Below the pieces are notes generated by a model, which was not told where the DNA came from, made no database searches, and saw nothing but the letters and a program-made list of their open reading frames with translations. Below, piece after piece: positions 1-11,925 of a stretch of DNA of 64,000 nucleotides (positions are counted from its first letter, which is position 1; each line of letters begins with the position of its first letter). The stretch comes from Ancylonema sp. Taxonomy: Eukaryota. Location of the stretch: assembly GCA_050230475.1 (NCBI GenBank), contig JBFLGF010000112.1:1-64000 (forward strand), given 5' to 3'. Both the position numbers and the translations under genes were made by a program.

Positions 1-514
1 GATTGCAACCGGCGGCACATAGGCACACGATCATATATGAACCGACAATAACAAAAAAAAACCATTTTGTGTCAGAATCATCGGGTAACGAAGCAACGCT
101 CCTTGCATTGCCAAACATTTGCATTCTACGAAAGACGTCTCATGCCTTTCACACCACCCTCCGTGGGTGCCTTTTTCACCATGTCCAAAGACATCATTGA
201 GGCAGTTTGCACGAATTTTCTTCCGCCTATTCGTAACGCATCTCTCCATCTCCACTTACGTAAAACCGAGCTTGAGCGAGGGCGGGGCATTGCACATCAA
301 TCCAAGCTGTGCCACCGCCAGCGCCACGTCTTTGCTTATCGTCAGCAGTGTTGGATTCCTGGTAACCGGTTGTAATCTGAATTTCTTTTACTTTCAGCCG
401 TTGTCAGAATGATGTGTGACCTTTAGTTTGTTTGACAGAGTGTGTAGTGTTTGACATGATGTGTAGTATGATGGGTGATGTGTAACATCCAACAGAGCCG
501 AAGGGGTGCGACCC

Positions 515-1514
515 GTGGCTACTTGAATGAAAAGCAATTATCGTGCATGGTCAACGAAATTGTAGGCCCATTTGAAAGTGATGGATTGTTGGCAACTCGT
601 GTCGGGCGGCGAATTACAGCCGCCGGCAACCGGGCCACCTGGCTGTGACGCAGCGACGCAAACCGCAGCCTTGCGGCAAGGCGAAACTGGGACAAACGAA
701 ACGATCGAGCGACCGCGGTCCTGATCACGTCAATCACCGACGACGAATTGCACACGGTGACAGGCGGTCGACGACGATCCGGTGGCAATATGGAGACGAT
801 TGCGCGAAAATTTCGAGCGTCGATCCGAGGCCGAAGCGGAAACTGCGTTCATGAAATTTTTCGACTTCACGCACAAAGAAGCCGAGACCGCCAACGAGAC
901 GATTGAGCGATTCGAAACGCTCCTGACGAACTGCCTGGATCAAGGAGTTGCTGTCGACGAAAGCATGAAGAAGCGGATGTTAATTGGACGGCCGGCGGAC
1001 CGGTACCAATTTCTGAAGCAAAACTACATGTTGGCGCCCGTGGCGACAAAACCGGACCTGGCAGCGCTCAAGGCGCAGCTTCGCGATATCGACTCCGAAT
1101 TCCAGAAGTCCAATGGCGGATCGAATAGCAAGACCGGGCAGGGAAATCGTGCTGAAGGTGAAGTCAACTGGGGCCAAAGTTCAACCTCGGGAGGCTCCAA
1201 ACAGACAGTACGATAAATCGAGTGGGAAGCATTCTTGTCGATGCGACAAGAAGAACGGCGGACGTGGCAGTGGCAGCGATCGCGACCATTACGACAAGAA
1301 TGGAAGCGGAGCAAGCGGCGGGGACGTCAGTTGCTACTGCTGCGGGCAGAAGGGCCACATCAAGCCGAACTATCCCAAGAAGGACGAGTCTTGTCGCAAG
1401 TGCGGCAAAACCGGCCACCTTCAAGCGATGTGCAAATCGACAGGCGGCAACGGAAATTCAGAGGGATCCCGCATCAAGCCACCAGTTCGAGGACTTCGAC
1501 GGCTTCAACTGTGA
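515..1514 (+). mobile_element. Truncated Ty1/copia gag remnant (gag core plus two zinc knuckles)
   Basis: NYRAWSTKL-type gag N-terminus near 535-570. ORF 782-1216 (IWRRLRENFER...KFFDF..ETANETIERF) resembles copia gag. Knuckles CYCCGQKGHIKPNY and CRKCGKTGHLQAMC lie in ORF 1113-1514. Upstream ...TCCAACA GAGCC looks like an LTR end with a deleted PBS. No pol follows. Confidence 0.75.
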
Positions 1515-1702
1515 TCTTCAACTGTGAACAACAAAGCTCGTGTGAATAACAACAAAGCTCGTTATAAATCCTTAATCGCACGTGAGAACATAGCACGATG
1601 GAATATAACACGACAATGGACTTCCATCATCATCTGGTCAAGGACCAAGAGATTCTGTGCCCTCACTTGTAGCAGCGACAAACATAGTCGGATTCGAAAA
1701 CT

Positions 1703-1817
1703 GATTTAGATTCAGATTCAGATTGCGATAAAAACCACCGTAACAAGTGAGGCCGAAATTTCAGATTCAGAATCAGAAACAGAATTTGAATCAGATTCAG
1801 AATCAGATTCAGATTGC
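1703..1817. repeat. Degenerate hexamer microsatellite (AGATTC/AGAATC)n
   Basis: Two runs of cagatt/cagaat units are visible. Confidence 0.8.
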
Positions 1818-1956
1818 GATAACAACCACCATGACAAGCGAAGGGGCAAAATTTTCTAATTCTAGGTACAGGTGCGAACCCAAACATTTCACAGACGGAT
1901 GCGCTACGAGCATGAACGACCATTTTCGATAAAGATTCCCTCGCCTAGGAAGGGAA

Positions 1957-2555
1957 GCTACCCCATGTTTCAATGTGGAGAAAAGATGCTATGTGCCGGA
2001 GAAAGGACCAAAACCTCCGCCTGAAACAATCATTTCCCCCCAATAGCCTGTGACGATACAGTACACTACAATAACTTGTTTGCCAATTGTTAGACTTTAA
2101 CATATCTTCATCCCCAAGACGAGCATCTTGGGTGACAAAGTTTGCAATGCCTTTCAGAGACTCCCTACATTCCACGAGAGTCATCTTGGAAGGTCCCATG
2201 TCGTCACCATCATCATCACTCTCAATGAGCTCAACATCTATCTCCCCACATCCCATGTGTTGTACATGGTCCACAATCTACCCCATGTTTCAATGTGGAG
2301 AAGATGCTATGCGCCGAAAAAGGACTAAAACCTCCGTCTGATTTTTATTTTTCCCCCCAATAGCCTCTAAAGTCAGCATAATATATGACGTCACAACTCG
2401 TTACAGGCACAAAATGGCATTTTGGTGTGCCTGTAACGTGGTGTGCTCGTGCCTATAACGAAGACGTTTTGGCGGGGGACAGTTGGTACACCGAAAAAGT
2501 GTGCCTGTAACGTGACTGTGCCTGTAACAAGTGTGTCTGTAACGAGTATTTACTG
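1957..2555 (-). mobile_element. Internally deleted pogo/Tigger-like DNA transposon derivative
   Basis: Ends in TAACGAGTATTTACTG followed by TA (TIR shared with 9488 and 49718). 2101-2279 is clearly homologous to 51531-51707 and encodes an acidic transposase-C-terminus-like peptide on the minus strand. A ~90-bp direct repeat lies at 1958-2048 and 2278-2365. Confidence 0.65.
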
Positions 2556-3017
2556 TACTCGACATGAAACTTTCACTTTCGGGGCCCAACTCGACATAAA
2601 ACCGGGCGCAAACGAGTTGGGCCCGAGTCGGGCCTGATTATAACTCGTGCTCTCACAAATTAAAATTCAAAATTCAAAATTTGCTAGCACTGCATGTTCG
2701 AGATCGTGATAGTTACGAGTTCTACGAGTGCTACGAGTTCATGAGACTTGAGTAGTCGTTGAGTTAAGCTTGCTCACAGGTCCAGGAATCGGAGTCATGA
2801 TGTAGTCATGCGCGTCTGTGTGACCCCAGTATGCTCGAGTTGGAATCAATGCATGTCGAGAACGCGTGTAGCTGATAACTGTATTCAGGTCTTCAGGTGG
2901 CCTGCGACGCGTCACCCGACGTTATCATCAGCTCATGTCCTCTCCTGTTCCGGGGCAAAGCTTATTTCTTCACCACGATTGAAAGGTTTTGAATAATCGT
3001 ATCGCTCGTCTGCTTCG

Positions 3018-5130
3018 ATGCCACTCCACCCCGCCCCCCAGGTTTCGCAGATAATACTCAATCTAAAGGAAGCTCATACCGCATGGGGTCCAGCAGCTAG
3101 CGGTATGTCACGGCCACGTGGCGTGGCACATTGCGCCAGTAGCGCAGGAATCTTTAGGTCGCGACTAGCATATCCATCACGAAAGCCATTTACACTGAGC
3201 AAGATGACATCTGCACCATTGAGCTTTTGTGGAGGAGCAGTCAGTGACAGCAGGCCCCATCCCCCTTGCAATCGGACTGGGGTCAGCCGCCTTGCGACTG
3301 GACCGTATCGGCAGCCGCATTTTGTGAGGACACGATTGAGTCCACGGGGATTTCGTCCACGTGTCACTCGACCATTGTCAGCATCCCTGAGCCAGTTACC
3401 ACAGATTACGACTCCTCTGATCGGGCCGACAGACACGTGGGGCATCTGGGCAGTGCTTCTTATAGCGGCAGCCGCAGGACTCTGGTGAGTGTCTCCGCAC
3501 ACATTCTCGGTCCGCAACCCATTCGTCCCGAATCCTCCACATTGAACGTCGTGTGCGCAGACATCGTCACATTCCCGACTTGATCGAACCATTAATCAGC
3601 TCGCTGCATGCTGATAATCCGTGTGGTCACGTGGTACGGCAGGTCCGAGAAGACCGACATTGGTCAGCGCCTGAGTGGTCCCCTCGTGAGCACCCTCATC
3701 GGTCTCGCCGCCAGCAACCTGGGCCTCATCCCCTGTGAGGCTCCCGCATATGCGGTGGTTAACCGCTTCCTTCTGCCACTGGCAGTTCCTCTCCTCCTTT
3801 TTGCTGCGGACTTGCGGCGCGTGGTGAGGGACACTGGGAGACTGCTGCTGGCGTTTCTGCTGGGGACAGGTCTGCCTCCATCCTGACAGCTGCCACCTGG
3901 CGGTATGTGTGGCCACACCCACAACTGACCGATTTGGTAGACAGTACTCGCCCATTCATATCAAATGTCGGCCAGCACTCTGTATACCAAGTCTCATGTT
4001 GGAGTAAAATGATGCGTCACTTGATCCATCTTCCCATCCTCCCCCCCTTGGTTCCAGTCGGTACAGTGGTTGGGACACTTGTCGCCTTCTCCTTCCTCCC
4101 CCTCCGATCCCTTGGCAGCGACAGCTGGAAGATCGCCGCTGCTCTGATGAGCCGCCACATTGGGGGGGCGGTGAACTATGTGGCTGTCACGGAGGCGCTG
4201 CAGGCCTCGCCCTCGGTGGTGGCCTCGGGTCTGGCGGCCGACAACCTCATCTGCGCCCTCTACGTCACCGCGCTCTTTGCCTTGGCGGCTGGGATTCCCG
4301 CAGAGGCTGAGGTCTTGGCAGGTCGACTTCCCAACCATAAGGCTTGCTATTGTGCTTGTGTGGTATCACATTTTTACCCATCCCTTTCTGTTGGTATCCC
4401 GTTCTCGTGTCCAGGCAGTGGAGACCCCTCCTCCCCCTCCCTAGACTCCGACGGCCGCTCCCCCATCAACGTCCTCCAAGCCTCCCCCGCTCTCGCCCTC
4501 TCCGCCTGCGTGTGCTGTCTTGGCGTCTCCCTTGCCAGCTGGCTGCGCTTCCAGGGGGGGGGCATTCCGTGCATCACAGCTGTAGTGGTGGTGCTGGCCA
4601 CTGTGTTCCCCAACTGGCTGGGGCCCCTCTCCTCGTCAGGGGAGGGGGTGGCCTGTTTGCTGATGCAGGTGAGAGTGAATGAAGGGGAGCTGGAAGAAGT
4701 TGAAGTGTTATTTGTGTGATGGCATCATGTCATCGCATTCCATGCCGTTCTTCCTTTTTAGTTTTTCTACAGTTTATACAAGTGATGAGTGCTCCACTCT
4801 TCGCAGGTGTTCTTTGCCACGGTAGGGGCGAATGGTAGCGTGTCCAGTGTCGTGACGCAAGCTCCTACCTTATTTCTCTTTAGCTTTGTTCAGATTGCAA
4901 TGCACTTAGCAATCATTCTAGGTGTCGGAAAACTCCTCAAATTTGATAGAAAGTCGTTATTGCTAGCATCAAACGCAAACGTGGGGGGGCCCACAACGGG
5001 TGCGGGGATGGCAAATGCCAAGGGGTGGAGAACTCTTCTGGTGCCAACCGTTTTGGTTGGCATTTTTGGGTATTCGATCGCGACCTTCATGTCTATAGCT
5101 ATGGGTTATGGTGTGCTACAAAAGATGTAA
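3018..5130 (+). CDS. DUF819 family multi-pass membrane protein, probable plastid transit peptide; 5 exons
   Basis: Exons 3018-3484, 3643-3869, 4058-4321, 4415-4668, 4807-5130, GT-AG and phase-consistent. Motifs GLWSEKT, PLAVPLLLFAADLRRV, SRHIGGAVNYVA, AADN and LASNANVGGPTT. Confidence 0.9.
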
Positions 5131-5332
5131 AACAAGAGTGTATTCGTACCCGCTTAGAACGATGATTAAAATCCACATGTATAGTACATTATGTTGACAA
5201 TGACAAATCTCCCATCATGCGTGCAAATCGGGCAGACATTAGCATATCATTGTTTAGTTCTTGTTTGTTGGTTAGATGGTAATATGAACCAATACATACA
5301 AGGTGCACAACGTGTTATACACACCAAAAATA

Positions 5333-8300
5333 TTAACTAATTTCCTCCGGATAATGGTACCCCGCAAATTTAGCGGTTGGCAACAATTGTGCCCTACTCG
5401 CTACGCTACTGATTTCATGTCCCCGCGCCCACCACACCAAATCGTCCTCTAACTTAATTATCTCTGTACAAGTTTTTGAATGCAAATTTACAATTCCTTG
5501 GAAATGATTCACCTTCGCTACCGACGTGTCTAAGTCGAATCCCGCGGTATCGTTAATTTCCGGTCGAGGTATTTGCAGAGCTGTCACTTTGCGTGGGTTG
5601 ACCGCATACTTTCTATGGCCGTGGTAATCGAGGCACGCCTCTGCTCTGCACCACCACTCAACACACCCACAATTTCTCCATCAACAGAGGTATAATGTCC
5701 TCATCTTCTCTCGTGATCACCCCATAAAAGACAGCACCGAATCAATTACCCCCTCTTTCTACCACACTCGAGGCCCCTAGTTGCCCTCTCCATTGCAACT
5801 AGCCGTTCATGCATCCCAATCGTCGACCGATACAATCGTATGCCTGTTTGATCTTAGCAAGTAACAACAATGGCTGCTTTCTCTCCCAGGTTTGAGCACA
5901 CTCACCCCAACCACCTCTAGATGCATCGAGATCCAACCCGAGACACAAACAATGAAGACGTTCACTTCTCTCTCTTTCGATCCCTCCCTCACGTGAAGAG
6001 AAGTCAAAGTTCAAATAGGCAGTCCAAATATTTATTTGGACTTCCAAAGACTAAGACAATGAGGAGTGCCTCTTTACTAGGATGCTTCACACATGTTGAT
6101 AGAGCAATGTGGAGGACACTTAGGGATCACAGTGTGTGTTTTTTCGCTCACCTTGGGAACCACTCGGACTTCATGCAGTAGATGTGCGGCCAATGGTAGA
6201 GCATGCGTTGCACCGCCCACCCCCCAATCGCCTCTGTTTCCAAAACGCATCTCTCCACATCCCACCACAACGTCCCGAACGAAATGTACGACGCCTCTTC
6301 GTACGAGTCTAGCACGAGGGGAAGCAATTTCTCGGCTTCATTCTTCGCTTTTAGGTGCTCTCGGTGCGCTTTGATGAGGCCGAGCTGCTGCTGCTGCTTC
6401 CGCAACTCGTCCATCAAAATCCTTTTCTTTTGCACGACGGACGGATTCTTCTGGAAAATCGCCATCTCTTTCCGTTTCTTTTTCACTTTCGAGTAGTTCT
6501 TGTCCTGCCGAAGCTTAATCGCCCTCTGCCGTTGCTCCTCCTCCTCACTCCTCTCCAAATTTTTCCGTTCCTCTAACGAGTATTTCGCCGAATGTGCCAT
6601 TGGCTCATACACACCCTCCTCCGTTCTCTCCCTCCTTACAGGCACAAGTTCCCCCCCCACCAACTCCCTCCTAGCCTTTGCTATCTCCTCCCTATGGTGA
6701 CTCCTTTGGAGCCGTTCCCATTGTTTCCTCCAGTGCGCCGCGGCATTCAGCTCTTGCTGCTGCGCCAAGTACTGCCCTTGTTTCTTCTCGGGGGGGGGGG
6801 GCTCGTCCGCGTTGAAAAATTCATCGAAATCGAAGAAGATGGTCCACTTAGAGGAGTAGCGTGTGGAGTAGGCGCAGTCGTTGATGACCATCACTTGCGC
6901 GTACAACCACGACTCGTAGCTCAGCGCCTCCCCGATGTCCCTCACCTCCAACCGCCCTTGCGACTCGTAGGGTAGCAACGTCTAGGGGAAGGGGGGAGAG
7001 GGGTGTCACAAAACACGAATCGATGACAATAAAATGAAGATGAAAAGACCGTATTTCTTCCACCCACACACGAATCTTTTGTGCATTTTGTTATCATTAG
7101 CAAAGAAATGAAGTACGAGATTCGTTAGGCGATTCTGATGACAACACTTGTCGTAGTCATTCACTCTGTATTTTTTGTAATTCCCTTCGTGCCACTTCCA
7201 CCTCAATTACATCATACACACTCTTAGTATTCGATTATCGCACTCCCCTCAAATCTGAATCTACACATTTGCACTATTTCACACTCTTATTTCACACTCA
7301 TGTCTCACTTCATGCAGATGAACCTCATCAAGCAGTATCACTCAATGCATGTGCATCTATATACACATACACATACACATACACACATGCAAGCATCGAA
7401 TTCGACAATCTACTATGGCTGAAGACAGGTATTCATATATGAGGAATAGGTGCATGCATACGTGAATGCATCCACACATACACACATTCATGTCTCCATA
7501 TGTTCCTGATGTATAGGCACATCCACCTGTTGCCAATGAGATGCATACCACCACTAAACAATACCGTCCTTGGACCTTACCTCCGAGACCCTAGACCCTA
7601 GACCCTAGACCCTATGATCTTTGTCTCACCTGCAGCACATCATCTGTGATGCCGCCTGCGTCGTAAATGATGACGTAATCGATCCCGATGTGGAAGTGGA
7701 ACTCCAGCCACTCGTAGACCCTCTTGGCGTCGACTTTGGAGTGCACGGGGGGGGAGCAGAACACCACATGGTGCTTGTATGGAGGGTTGGGGTCGAGGCC
7801 CAATGGGAACGCGTTAGGCTCCTCGTGGTAAACCAAATGGGTTTTTTCGTCGATGGACATTGTGAGCTTCCCCCCCTTGGTGGCGTCTGTTGGATGCCGC
7901 AGCTTACAGTTCAGGATCAGGGCTTCGTAGGTTAAAAAATGATGCTCTCCGGGATACAAGGCTGAGGCGCAACAAGGGGCACGGGCTGGTAGTGAGGGTT
8001 CAGGTTTGGGTTAGAAGACCTATGTGATGTAAGATGCGGTTCGTGTTGTAAGATTTTGAAGTTATAGGTTTTAGAGCTTTGAGGTTGGAATCTTGAAATC
8101 CAGGTTCAAGAACCAGGTTTTGCGAGGTACTGTTTCTCCCCCTCCCACCTCTTGCTACTCTCACCCCCTTACCCCAAAACTACCCCAACACAGAGAACAA
8201 AAATCCCTTCCACTGCCACCCCCCCTCACGTTTCAATTTCCCGGGAATGGCTTTCCCCCGGGCACCCGCCCCGTTGTCCTTCCAGGAACAGCCATGGAAT

Positions 8301-9214
8301 CTGGTGTAGTCTCGACGGGAGAGGGGAGCCAATCCCACGGCCACAAACTCCCCCCCCGCTATCCGGTAGCCGCTGAAATTCACAAACGCTTTCAGCTGGG
8401 CCTGAAGAGAGGAAAGGGAGAAGGAGGAGTGAGCTGGCAGGGGCACTTCCGGGCTGAGAATTGAGGCTGTGGGAATCAGGGGTGTGGGAGGCTGGGTGAC
8501 AGAAATGTACTTTTTCTAAATTAGGGTCAGAGGCAACAGCTGAAGGTGAAATTTTATAATGCAACACTTGAAGTTGATTCTCAATGGCATACGGGGGGTT
8601 GCGATTTCGTTACCCCTTCTTTGAATTCTCCTCTCAGTTCAGTTGGCCATCAGGGGTAAGGGCAATGCGGCTATCATTACGTTTCAATTCTTCAGGTTCG
8701 ATGGCGGCAGCACACAACCAGTCGGCCCCCCTCAGAAGTTGATACGGATGACTCCGGTAGGCACTCATCTACGGACCGCTGTGAAAGAGATGGCAGCCGA
8801 GCATGAGTCCCTTCATTACACCTCACCACAGATTGACAGATTGACGTAATGTCGAGAATCCGAATTGATCCACCACTGCCCACCGATGTGCACCCCACTT
8901 CAGTTATGAGGACAAAGCGGAGGTTACTACCCCACCCTACCCACACGTTGACTTAATGCCCGCTGTCCAAAACAACAGAATCCCGCAATGGCCCCCACCT
9001 TTTCGTGCGCATTCTGAAACCTCCACCGCAGCATGATGAAGAGCAGCAGGATAGGCAGCGCGGGCCAATACTTCACGACGAGCCGCACCATCGCAGAGTC
9101 CTCCCGCTCCCGGCGTAAATGCCTAAGGGTGGGCACGGTGCCCTTCCCTAGGCTGTGCCCGGGCCGAATCTGCATCTCACTGCCCACCCCAGAGCCCAAG
9201 CGGGACGGTAGCAT
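5333..9214 (-). CDS. Glycosyltransferase family 92 (DUF23), galactan beta-1,4-galactosyltransferase-like
   Basis: Exons about 9214 (or 9091)-8999 with an N-terminal TM (YWPALPILLLFIML), 8401-8230, 7961-7630, 6981-6152, 5645-5333. Motifs EWLEFH..IYDAGG, AQVMVINDC, KWTIFFDFDEFF, RKYAVNPRKV and NHFQG parallel plant GALS. A possible extra exon at 8600-8800 is unresolved. Confidence 0.85.
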
Positions 9215-9487
9215 ATTAAGGGAATGCCTCTATGACAGGCGGTGGTGTATGGGAGTCCGTCGTCATAGAGCGGTACTTTGTTGTACGTGATCCAGCAATC
9301 GGGACGCACAGGCCGGCTGGCCAGCCGAGGAGGCCCCGGCCTTTTTGGTTTTTAAAACACATCCCTTTACCGCCGCATTCGCGGAATGATGGGTTCCACG
9401 CCCCAGCCGCATAACTCTCCACTGCACCTGACTGCTTGCGTCAATTGCGGGTGGCCGCGTGCCACTGACTGCAGTTGGAATGAGATA

Positions 9488-9977
9488 CAGTAAATATTCG
9501 TTAGAGGCACACTCGTTATAGGAGAGGTTGCGTTATGGGAACCAAAATCGTGTGTACCGACTCTTCCCCGCCAAACCGTCTTCGTTATAGGCACAGAAAA
9601 AAGGGCTATTTTTTGCTTGTAACGAGTCATGACGTCATAACATATGCTGACGTCGACTAGGAACCGAGAGAAAAATAGACGCACGTCATCTACTTCGTTT
9701 TTTTAAAGAGCGTGGTCGTAATGAATTTGTACTTATCCACAAGCCAATTGGCCGTTGAATCGAATTTGCACGACAAAAATGGTACACCGACATGACAGAC
9801 CACGTTTCCGTGATCTGAGAGCAAAATTTTGGATTTCCCTTGTTATAGACACATCTGACATCTTGTGATAGCCCCTAGCAAACGTGCCTATGACGCAAAT
9901 ACAAGTTACATACATAACCACGTTACAGGCCATCATTACCCATGTCCCGAGGGTGTGCCTTTAACGAGTATTACGTG
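9488..9977. mobile_element. pogo/Tigger-like MITE
   Basis: TA then CAGTAAATATTCGTTA on the left, TAACGAGTATT on the right. The left arm is the reverse complement of 2400-2555; the right arm is the reverse complement of 49718-49965. Confidence 0.75.
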
Positions 9978-11360
9978 TGTGTGGGGATTACTTTTATTTT
10001 TTCGGGTTTTCTCCTAATTCGGATCGTTCAGGTTCAACAATTTGTAATGATGCCTTATGCAGTGAACAAAGGGTATTATGTACAAAAAGTAGATGTCTCT
10101 TTTTTGTTTGAATCTCCATCCTTTACCATACCCTCAACCAATTCCGAATCTCTTACTTGGATGGTTGCGAAGAGCTTACCTGTGATTTAGAAAGGTTGGA
10201 ATAGCTTTTTGGTGCCAATCGTTTCATCGGGGTGGCACCAATTTCATAAATTGTTATAGCACAGCTTGATTGGCTTGTGTCACGGGCCTTCACAATTCAA
10301 CGATTGTGCTTATGTTTCCAATTCTTAAAAGAATTCGTGAGATTCAAAAGGTAAAAGAATTCGTTCCATAGGGGACATAAACATGAAAGAACAAAAGAAT
10401 TAAGTCGACAACTCGGTCGATCTTCGATGTCTGTTGCACTCGAATCATCCATCCGGTTGTGGAGTCTCTATAATCCACCTAGAAATATATGCATTGTCAA
10501 ACGGAGATCGTTGCTCAAAGCATAAAAAACAATGATAATGAGACATTCCCAAAGTGGCATGATAGCATGATTAGCTTAATGTGTTCAATACACTGCCCAA
10601 AACTCTTTCATTCACAACATTTATGTCCTTAACAACGTAAGTATTCACAAGATAATGTTTGGAATACATATCGGAGATGGGCCAAAGGGTGATCATAAAC
10701 TACGTCATTTTTATACATTGGTCCATAACTTGTGAATACACCTTAAACCTTAATTTGCCGATCATTGTGCTATTTCTAGGGAAAGTTTCCGAGCTTGAAG
10801 GCAAGTTCATTCAATATGCCATCCCATATATGATTTTGATACATTACGAACGGTGCCGAGCGGAGTCAGTAGTATCATTGTGACGAAGAGATACCTTCTC
10901 AGCTCCAAATGTTTAAAATGTGATAGGATGTGGATACGTGTATGTGCGAGTGCATAAGTGCGCACATGCGTGTAATTCGTTTCACAACAGCCGTCGATAT
11001 CGAGAAGACCGCAACGTAAGAGTAGCGCGGGGTAATAAGCTTGTGGTGCCTAGGAGGAATCAACAATAACACTTGAAATAGCGTTATCGACAGTGTTATT
11101 GAGAAATAGTGTATGCATCATGAATTTCGCACATTTTGAAGAATGACGCTATGGACCACATGCCCTCGCGAAAGTTGTCCTACAATGTGCTCAAACGTGC
11201 TTTGTTGTATAGAAAAAAGTAGGTCTTGACTGAAAAGACAAGAATAGATGTTTGGTTCCAATTTATTTTTCATACATCACCATGTTTTTCTCACGTTTCA
11301 GATCTATCGGCAACCAAAGTGTTTGCCAAGAACTACATGGCATTTAGACGCCTCTTCTCC

Positions 11361-11753
11361 CAGTTGCACAGACCGGCTAGATAGGGATTTCAGACCTCGG
11401 TCTAGACCGGCAGCCGCGGTCTATGTGGTCTAAAACGCGGTCTGCTAGGGCTTTTATTTTTCCGTGTGGACTTGTGGTCGTAAACTTGAATCTGACCCCA
11501 ATGGAGGATGCTGGATTTGAACGCCTGCCTTCTCTAGCATTTTCTGATTACTTCACCACTACATTAGTACTTGACAATCATTTTCCACTAATTTTACGAC
11601 TTTAGCCTTATTATATTCATGAAAACAATTTTATGGATAGCTGCGAAAAAATCCTAAGAACCAGGTCTAGGCCCGGTCTAAAATCGGAGAAGAAAGAAAG
11701 ACCTAGGTCTAAAGGTCTGCAATTTATGAAACGGTCTACGGTCTGTGCAACTA
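11361..11753. mobile_element. MITE with 14-bp TIRs (hAT-like termini)
   Basis: AGTTGCACAGACCG (11362-11375) and CGGTCTGTGCAACT (11739-11752), with subterminal GGTCT/AGACC motifs. No clean TSD seen. Confidence 0.6.
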
Positions 11754-11925
11754 TGACTCTTCTTGCTCTGCATAGTTATAGTACCCATCAAACAAAAATA
11801 TGGCAAACAAGCTTTATGGGGAAACAATACATGTACAACAAATGTGAACTATACACGAAACTCACACTGCGTGTCCTGAGAGAAACGCCTTACAAACAAC
11901 CCCTCTCGATAGAGGCACTTCCTCG

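Noticed and set aside
5799..6047. Extra GT92 exon
   Set aside because: The exon ending at 6152 splices in phase directly to 5645 and gives a continuous GALS-like sequence.
9980..11340. AT-rich intergenic stretch with short ORFs
   Set aside because: No motif or repeat boundary I could support.
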